NCBI GenBank assembly: GCA_964016885.1
Contig: OZ024741.1
Location: 54,436,001 to 54,500,000, forward strand
Direction of reading: 5' to 3'
DNA length: 64,000 bases
Origin: Eledone cirrhosa
Taxonomy: Eukaryota
Part shown: positions 56,471-64,000 of the stretch, piece by piece
Layout: each line of letters begins with the position of its first letter
Position numbering within the stretch: the stretch's first letter is position 1
The notes under the pieces: model-generated
What the model saw: only the letters and a program-made list of their open reading frames with translations
Databases searched by the model: none
Told to the model about the DNA's origin: nothing
Made by a program: the position numbers and the translations under genes

Positions 56471-59400
56471 TTGTTATATTTGGGGAGGGTCATATTTGCG
56501 TAATATTGCCAGAATTAATAACAGAACACACTCACTGTTTGGTTGGTTTTCGCTTCTCGCTGTCTTTTATATATATATATCTGCGATCTAACTTACTCGG
56601 TCCTCAATGTTGCCATTGACTGACCGGCGGTCAAAAATAATACAGATACAATATAGACAAACACATATATATATAGTTTACATAAATCTTTCGTTGCACA
56701 TCTGCAACATCGTCAGTGGTGTTATATTCATTGTTCCTCCTGTTGTGTTGTATGTCTACGCCATTTTTTTTTTTTTGTTCAGTCTGTCTATATATTTATT
56801 TATTTATTTGCTTGTTTGTTTATCTTATTTTATTTTGTCTTCTTTGCGCATGCGTTTGCGTGTGTGTATAGTGTTATGTGTGACTAGTGTGTATAGTGTT
56901 GTGTCTGCTGGGTGACTAGTGTGTGTTTATGTGCTTGTGTATGTATTTATTTATCTCATTTTATTTAATTTAATTTACTTATTTATTTATACTTCTCTTA
57001 GGTCAGTGTTGTTTGTTTGGGTGTTGTTGTTGTTCCACTCATTCTTTCTGTTTAGCTTTGGTCTTCTAATTTCTATTTCACTGGCCTCTCTGATTTGCCT
57101 ATCTGCTGGGTCATTCCTATGTTTAGATATTATTCTAATTTCTATGTTGTCTATGTTACCGTCATGATGTTGTCTAGCATGTTCGTATAGTACTGACCCG
57201 TTTTTTCGTCCTTTTAGTTCCCCCCAGTGTTGGTCTATCCTTTCACCTATGCTACGAGCTGTCTCACCTATGTATGTTGTTGTCGTGTTTCTGCAAGTAC
57301 CCTCTGTACATCTTATGCTATAGACTACGTTTCTAGTTTTACAGTTTATCCGGGGGTTCACCTTACATATGATACATTTCCTATTGGTACAGTGGGTTTT
57401 CTTAAAAGGGTAGGTTTTGCTGATCAGGGATTTTATGGTGGTTCCTGGCTTTTCTACCACCTTTATTTTTAAGTGGGTCTTTCTCAGGGCCTTTCTACAC
57501 TGGTTAGCTAATTTCCCTCCAGGGGTGGCGTCCACAAACATGACACTCTGATATCTCTGGTTGTCGTACCATGATGTGGCCTTCCCTATCTTATGTCTAG
57601 CCCTATCTAAGCTATTCCATGATTTGCTCCTGTATAGTGGGCAAATTCCTTTCATGTCCAGTTCTATGAGGGTCTTATACTTTTCCATGGCTCCTTCGTA
57701 TACTCTGACTCTGTCTCTTTGGTTGTAGCCAGAGAACTGCATGCGGTTGATGAAGTGTTGGATGTGTCCTTCCATTTCTGTTGGGTCGCACATGCTGGAC
57801 ACATTCTTCATCACTCGTACCAAATCTGCGATCAGAATATTAAACTTAGCACTACTGGACATTGCTGAGTTTTTGAGTATCAGGTATTTGGAGGCCATGG
57901 GTTTAGCATAGTGTGAGTGGAGAATTTGGGCTCTCTCGTCTATAGTGTTAATCCAGAGTTCTGTGTCTAATACAGGTAGTCTATTGTTAGGGTGTTTGGA
58001 AGGGAAGTCTATAGTTACAGTTATACTCTGGTGTATGGAATTAGCTATCTGCTGGATGCTTTCCATCGTGCTACGTTCTAAATCAAACTTGTTAGTGCTC
58101 TCTAGTGGGGGTGTTCTTATAACTATATTGATATCGTCTACATAACGAGAGTACATGATGAGGTCTATGGAGCTTTCATTAAGGAGATCTTTAAGTCTCC
58201 TTTCCCACCATACCATGAAAAGGTTGGCAACATCGCCAGCTATGCTGACGCCGATGGCTGCTCCCTCATTTTGGGTGTAGATTTTCTCATTGAACTTAAA
58301 TATGTGGCCCTTTAGGGTAGTTTTGATACTAGCCCCTATTGCATGTGCGACCATTTTTCTTACCTGATCAGTGTTTTGGGGGGTCCGTATAGCTTTGGTC
58401 CACCCAATCCACCTTCCTATGGGAGTCTTTTTAGCCATTGAGGTTATGGTGGGGGGTCTACCTCTTATAGGTCTACTAGGGCAGAAACATCTAAGGTCAT
58501 GGCTGTCTAGGTAGTCAGTGTCGTAGGTAAGTCTAAGTAGGAGGCCCAGTTCGTCTGTGTCGACGTCGCAGAACTCCACCTCACTCTCAATGATCATCTC
58601 CACACATCTTTTCACAGCAAAATCAATGTTAATGGATGGGTACAGTGACACCACATCCATGCTGCCTATTATGCAGTTGGATAGGCTCCTGTTTTTGTTG
58701 CACTCACTGATTCTGCTGAGGAGGTCCTCTGTACTTTCACATACATCTGGGGACATCTTGATTATGGGGCGTATAACCATTGAGAGGAAGTAGGAGATCC
58801 TGTAGTTGCTAGCTATATTAGCTCCGCATACAGGTCTTGTTGGTGGTCCTATTGTCGGGTCGTCGACTGTCTTGTGGTCTTTGCGGAGCCCATACAAGGG
58901 TGGTATGCCATTGTTAGACGCCTGGAAGTTGTTGGCAGTGCGTCTGCTTGGCTTTAGGATGTCAGTCCACATCATCATGTGAGCGTTGAGGATTTTTTCT
59001 CTCCCATCGTGTGTTAGTTGTGCAACTTCGCTCGTGTTGGTGATGTGGGGTTGCATTGCCTCGATGTAGTTCGGCATGCTATCTATTGACATCCTACCAG
59101 ACTTATCTGTGGGTAGACACACTACCTCACCATCCCTTGTGCGCTGCTTGAGGCTAACCAAGCCTTCTACAGGTTTTATCCCAAGTTGTTGGGCCTCTGG
59201 TCTGCTCTGTCTCATAGTGTACCTGTCTACTACTTGTCTAATCTTATTTCTAGCTATGGTGAACTGTGCCTCCGTCTCGTCATCTATTTGTTGTGGTATG
59301 CAAACTCTTTTATTAAAGGGTAACCTCGTAGGATAGATATTACCCATCTTATATGTTTTGTCAGCTGGGTTGAAAAATAGTTTCTCTAAGGGGTTGTCGT

Positions 59401-60275
59401 TATTTCTATCGTCATAGTTGTGTGTGTTGCTATTATTGTTATCATGGTGGTTGTTGTTGTTTCTATCCTTAGCATTAATATTATTATTGTTATGATTGCT
59501 AGATGTATTGTTGTTTACTTCACCGTTATTGTTGTTGTTGTTACTGCTATTTCTACCATTGTGGTTGTTACTATTATTATGTTTCTTGTTTTTGTTGATG
59601 TTGCTACATGTACTATTTCCATTATTACCACTGTGGTTATTGTTGTTGTTGTTGTTCGTATTGTTACCGTTATTACTACTGTGGTCACTGTTGCTGTGTC
59701 TGTGGTTAACGTTTCTATTATTATTATTATTGTGGTTGTTGTTGTTCTGTCTATCGCTAGTATTATTACCATTATCACTATTTCTCACTTTCCTGCCATT
59801 GTTATGGTTATGGCTGTTATTTCTATACCCAGAGTTATTGTTTATATTACTACTACCGTTATTATTGTTGTTGTTGTTTACCTTTGCATTCCAACGTATT
59901 TTTGTGAAACACTTTTCCAGCTCCGTTTTGCATTCCATAGGATTAATCTTTTTGTAGATGGCAAATTTTGGTGGTAACTTTAGGATTTGTTGTTCTTGTT
60001 CACTGATTAAAGTGTTCCCATAGATATTTACTGTGTGGTCATTGGTAAATTCTTCCGGTAGTTTTACATCACTCATACGGATGTTGTCGATGTTATCTGG
60101 GTATTTTTGAGAATATTCGATTTTCCTTTCTTGTAGTTTTTTCTTATTCATCCATTCTAATTTCTTCTTGAAATGCCTACAGCATTCGTTTTGAGCATAT
60201 TTCGTTTCGCGTCGGATGACGCTCATGAAGTCATCTCTCTCGTTTGCTGATATACATATATATATATATATATAT

Positions 60276-60355
<80 letters not shown>

Positions 60356-60702
60356 AAACTTTTTTAGTTTTTTTTTTTTAGTTTTCTTTTTTTAGTTTTT
60401 TTTTTGTAATTAAAAAAAAAATGGTGGAGACATACAATACAACAGGAGGAAGATATAACACCACTGACAATGTTGCAGATGTGTAACGAAAGATTTATGA
60501 TAAACTATATATATGTGTTTGTGTCTATATTGTATCTGTATTATTTTTGACCGTCGGTCAGTCAATGGCAACATTGAGGACCGAGTAAGTTAGATTACCG
60601 ATATAAAAGACACAGAAGCGAGAAGCGAAAACCAACCAAACAGTGAGTGTGTTCTGTTATTAATTCTGGCAATATTACACAAATATGACCCTCCCCAAGT
60701 AT

Positions 60703-60707
<5 letters not shown>
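56471..60707 (-). mobile_element. Naiad-type Penelope-like element with ~300-bp inverted pLTRs (56471-56770 / 60413-60707) carrying HHR-like motifs (56680-56720 -, 60460-60501 +)
   Basis: The ends are reverse complements. Motif ACCA-CTGAC(G/A)A-T-GTTGCA-GATG-TG(C/T)AAC-GAAA-GATTTA-TG. TA tracts lie outside both ends. Confidence 0.85.
56987..60250 (-). CDS. Penelope-like RT + GIY-YIG endonuclease ORF, uninterrupted, with an Asn-rich N-terminal insert; Naiad-like
   Basis: DKSG, LYGLRKDHK, PTRPVC, SMDVVSLYPSI, long insert with RGRPPTIT, QNEGAAIG, RYVDDI, LPVLD, CxxxxCxxC linker, VVYSIRC..YIGETAR. The listed start lies inside a TA tract. Confidence 0.95.
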   Translation of the reverse strand, partial: SANERDDFMSVIRRETKYAQNECCRHFKKKLEWMNKKKLQERKIEYSQKYPDNIDNIRMSDVKLPEEFTNDHTVNIYGNTLISEQEQQILKLPPKFAIYKKINPMECKTELEKCFTKIRWNAKVNNNNNNNGSSNINNNSGYRNNSHNHNNGRKVRNSDNGNNTSDRQNNNNHNNNNNRNVNHRHSNSDHSSNNGNNTNNNNNNNHSGNNGNSTCSNINKNKKHNNSNNHNGRNSSNNNNNNGEVNNNTSSNHNNNNINAKDRNNNNHHDNNNSNTHNYDDRNNDNPLEKLFFNPADKTYKMGNIYPTRLPFNKRVCIPQQIDDETEAQFTIARNKIRQVVDRYTMRQSRPEAQQLGIKPVEGLVSLKQRTRDGEVVCLPTDKSGRMSIDSMPNYIEAMQPHITNTSEVAQLTHDGREKILNAHMMMWTDILKPSRRTANNFQASNNGIPPLYGLRKDHKTVDDPTIGPPTRPVCGANIASNYRISYFLSMVIRPIIKMSPDVCESTEDLLSRISECNKNRSLSNCIIGSMDVVSLYPSINIDFAVKRCVEMIIESEVEFCDVDTDELGLLLRLTYDTDYLDSHDLRCFCPSRPIRGRPPTITSMAKKTPIGRWIGWTKAIRTPQNTDQVRKMVAHAIGASIKTTLKGHIFKFNEKIYTQNEGAAIGVSIAGDVANLFMVWWERRLKDLLNESSIDLIMYSRYVDDINIVIRTPPLESTNKFDLERSTMESIQQIANSIHQSITVTIDFPSKHPNNRLPVLDTELWINTIDERAQILHSHYAKPMASKYLILKNSAMSSSAKFNILIADLVRVMKNVSSMCDPTEMEGHIQHFINRMQFSGYNQRDRVRVYEGAMEKYKTLIELDMKGICPLYRSKSWNSLDRARHKIGKATSWYDNQRYQSVMFVDATPGGKLANQCRKALRKTHLKIKVVEKPGTTIKSLISKTYPFKKTHCTNRKCIICKVNPRINCKTRNVVYSIRCTEGTCRNTTTTYIGETARSIGERIDQHWGELKGRKNGSVLYEHARQHHDGNIDNIEIRIISKHRNDPADRQIREASEIEIRRPKLNRKNEWNNNNTQTNNTDLREV

Positions 60708-60786
<79 letters not shown>

Positions 60787-60796
60787 ATATATATAT

Positions 60797-62730
60797 AAAC
60801 ATTTTTATTTTGGGTCGTTTAGGAAGCCTCAACAATGCAGATGGGTAAATCTCCGGGTAACAGAATCCGGTGGTGAAGAGAGAGACGTAAGGGAATGTAG
60901 GATGAGATGTAAAGTGTGTAGAGGAACGTAGGAAAGAGCGTAAAAAATAAAAATAATAACACGAGATAGAGTTACCTTGGGAGAGATTTAATTGTCCCTA
61001 TATTTCGAATTCGCATCCATCAACTGGGGGGTGGGGGGTCTGTGGGGGGGGGAGTTATCTGTCGGAGAGGAACGGTACATGGCCTCTGTTATCCGCTGTT
61101 TGTGTGTAACTGAGGTATTCTGTAGAGCGCACGTGCACGCGGAATAGGGGCGGTCAAGCAAAGGTCAAAGCACCTCCTTTTTATTGTGGGATGGGATGGC
61201 GTTAGCTGTCAATCCATTGTACTACCTATATATACTGGTCTTTGGTACTAGCAGTGTGTCTGGTCGCTTATTGGCCGATGGATGGTGGGGGCGCTAAACA
61301 CACAATAACAATCGTTCGAATGCCACTGTGTGTGCGTGTGTTGTTGTCTCGTTTGTTTACACCAGCCACCTGGTTTCGCTTCTCTCGAATCGGTTATTTA
61401 TTTGTGGTCCTAGGCGTTTGATCCAAGGTGCTTCCTTGATTCGTAACGTGCCGACATTGCGTTCTGTCGCTAGCAATGTGACAATGGGCCTTCCGTCTTT
61501 GTATACGCATTTGGTTATGTGTTTCCGGAAAGACGAGGCCCTGGTGTTGATGTGCTCATTGATCCAGATATGTAGCGGCCGGATTGTGCTACCGATATAG
61601 AAGTGGTTGCACTTGTCACATTCTATCTTGTATACAACGTATGTGCGTAAGCAACAGTTCGTATGGCGCATCGGACAGTTTCTGAAGGAACACGCGTCAG
61701 TCGATTTGCCGGGTTTCCTGGAGAGGCATCCCCGTAGGGAGGGGCCCGAGTGGGCCAGGTGGATGTCGAGGCCCTCTCTCTGTATAGCCCTGCGGATAGC
61801 GTGGGTGGTTTTCTCGCCCAGGTGTGGGATTTTAAGGAAGCACTTGCCTTGGGTGTTTCTCTGCCTCTTGCGTCTGGTGTCTCTTGCTCTGTTTGTAAGC
61901 GAGGCTGGGTATCCGTTTGTCTGCAACACCCTGAGGAATCACTTGGTGCGGGTGACACCACTCACAAGATCGCTACATCTGTTTTTAATTCGCGTGATCT
62001 CGTTCGTGATGTACCCTCTTTTAGCACTGTTAGGGAGGGCAGACTTGTAGTGGACGAACAAGTCCCTGCAGGCTGCCTTGCGGTAGAAGTTGGTGTGGAT
62101 CCCTCCCTGCACCGTGATGTTGATTCGGCAGTCGAGGAGGGCAAGGGATCCGTCGTCGCTGGGGTGTTCAACACTGAAATCAATATTCTCGTCCGTGTTG
62201 TTGAACATCTCATAAATTCCGTTCGCCATCTCCTGGGAAGATGTGAGGATGAGGATGTCGTCCACGTGCCTTGAGAAAAAGGCGACGGTGTTGGGGTGGC
62301 AGGTGTTGAGTGCCTTGCGCTCGAGGCTGTCCATGTATGAGATTGCTAACACACCCGACAGGCTTGAGCCCATGGGCATCCCCGAGGTTTGCCGTTCGAG
62401 AAAACCGAAATACGTGTTGTCAACGACGACGGATAGGAGCTGGTGGATGTCAGTGGGGGTGAGACCGAAGCAGTGTAGGTCTGTAGATTGAACGCGTTCC
62501 ATCAGTATATCAACGACCGCTGGGATCGAGGTGTAAAGAGAGACGACATCAAGGCTGAAGGCATATCTGTTAGCCTTTCTGGTGTCGGGATCCATTTGAT
62601 TCAGGCGCTCCAACACTTCCTCGGGGCTATTTATGTGTCCTGGCAAGGTGTCTAGTATGGGTTTGAGTATTCTGGCTAGGAGCCATGAAATTGTGTAGAG
62701 CGGTCCTTCCACGCTCGATACAATAGGTTG
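60797..62730 (-). mobile_element. Decayed Penelope/Poseidon-type element: RT (61939-62730) + GIY-YIG (61357-61935) + 3' region
   Basis: PIVSS, SLDVVSLYTSIP, QTSGMPMGSSLS, RHVDD (mutated YVDD), YRK; VVYKIECDKC..YIGSTIR. Frameshift at ~61940. Confidence 0.9.
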
Positions 62731-63239
62731 ATGCGTGTGTATGTATATGTGTATATGTGGGAGCACGTCAGTGCGTGCGTATATGTGTGCATGTGTATGT
62801 GGTTATGTATATATGCATGTGTTTTTGTTTTTGAGTGCATAAGTGTATGTGTCAATGTGTGTTCTTGTATGTGCGTGTGTGTGTACGTTTTATGTGTATG
62901 TTTGTGTGTGTATGTGTATACGCGTGTGTTTGTACGAATGTGTGCATATGTGCTTGTGTTTGTGTGCGTGTGTGTGTGTGTGAATGCAGTGTCTTATGCG
63001 CAACTGCCTGTGTATGTGTGCCTGTGTGTATGTTTGTGTGTGCCTCTGTGTGTGTGTGTGTGTGTGTCTGTGTGTATGTGTATGAGTTTCATATAGATAT
63101 ATTCTACAAGTTATCAATCAGTACTGTTATTGAATGAGTGTTGCGTGAATATAAACTATATAGACTAACGGTTGTCTTTGTCTGAACAACAGAAAAAGAA
63201 TTACGACTAGGAAATTTATGTAAGTTTTCTAAGACGACT

Positions 63240-63510
63240 AATTGACAGAGTCGTTAGCGAGCAGTACAACGCGTTTTCCGGTAATTGTTCTAATTCACTA
63301 TGCTCTGATTTCGAATCCCGCTGTGGTCAATATTTATTTTTATCCTTTTCAAGGTCGATAAAATAAATTACTAGTCCTGAATGATAGACCGATGGCAATG
63401 TACCCCATGGGATTTGTTTCACCTCTCACCTCTAAGAATTTAAATACTATCGTTATCAACGTTGGCTTCGATCCTCTCAGAGTCGATAAACTAAAGTACC
63501 AGCCTCGAGT
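63240..63510 (+). mobile_element. Degenerate SINE copies
   Basis: TTCGAATCCCGCTGTGGTCAA..TCCTTTTCAAGGTCGATAAAATAA, plus a second GTCGATAAACTAAAGTACCAG. Confidence 0.6.
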
Positions 63511-64000
63511 GATAGATCAACGAGGTAGTCTCTTATGGAATTTAAACCTCACCGCAGAAGGAAAAGTGACTTGATTAGAAGGGAGAGAGAAGTGCCAGGA
63601 GTTGGTGGACGACTACCACAGGTGAAAAATTAGGAGCATGCGATTGGAGGTTGGTAGCTCAGAGTTTGATGGTCGTTCATTTAAGGAGCTCTAGATATTA
63701 CAACGAGCAGGCAGGAGAGCCGTGCAAAATTATGCGGAAGCATCAGGTAGGACATCTAGGTAGCTATGGTTGAAGAGAAGTGATCAATGTGGTCAGTATC
63801 ATGTATGCCCCTTGTACACAGATTGTGGAAGATAGTGTATGTTGTAAAACGCGAAACAGCCAGTAACACCTGTATACAACAAAAGGGGTGTATCCAAAGT
63901 GTTTCTTTCATGAATGTTTGAAAGATAACTGATTAGTAGACAAGAAAAAAATATTTGGGGTTTTATAAATCATTCTATTTTGCACAGGCAAAGTGAAGTT

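Noticed and set aside
56471-60707. DNA transposon interpretation of the inverted terminal repeats
   Set aside because: The enclosed ORF is RT+GIY-YIG and the repeats contain HHR motifs, which fits inverted Penelope pLTRs.

Overview
AT-rich, repeat-saturated animal DNA with no complete host gene. The microsatellite load, SINE types and RTE tail suggest a coleoid cephalopod such as octopus; this is an inference. The window is a mosaic of (TA)n/(CA)n/(GA)n tracts separating mobile-element islands. Penelope-like retroelements: a Naiad-type RT+GIY-YIG ORF (56987-60289, -), a Hydra-type RT+GIY-YIG ORF (~5970-7583, +), a decayed copy (61357-62730, -) and fragments. LINEs: a nearly intact RTE with a PHD finger (23518-26866), a decayed R4/Dong-type element (~18560-20935) and RTE remnants. 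There are many tRNA-derived SINEs, a 51-bp minisatellite and one candidate host exon (46874-46976, -). The main hidden signal, read by eye, is about 30 hammerhead-ribozyme (HHR) motifs from about 15 different sequence families in the islands between (TA)n tracts, often as inverted fold-back pairs. Four families carry a compensatory U3-A8 catalytic core. Two islands look like greater-than-unit-length retrozyme monomers. One family (54290-54354 and 56332-56396) has its HHR strands in a non-circularly permuted, pseudoknotted order, supported by covariation. All RNA structures and coordinates were derived manually and need computational and biochemical confirmation. Most ORFs in the supplied track are microsatellite artefacts.
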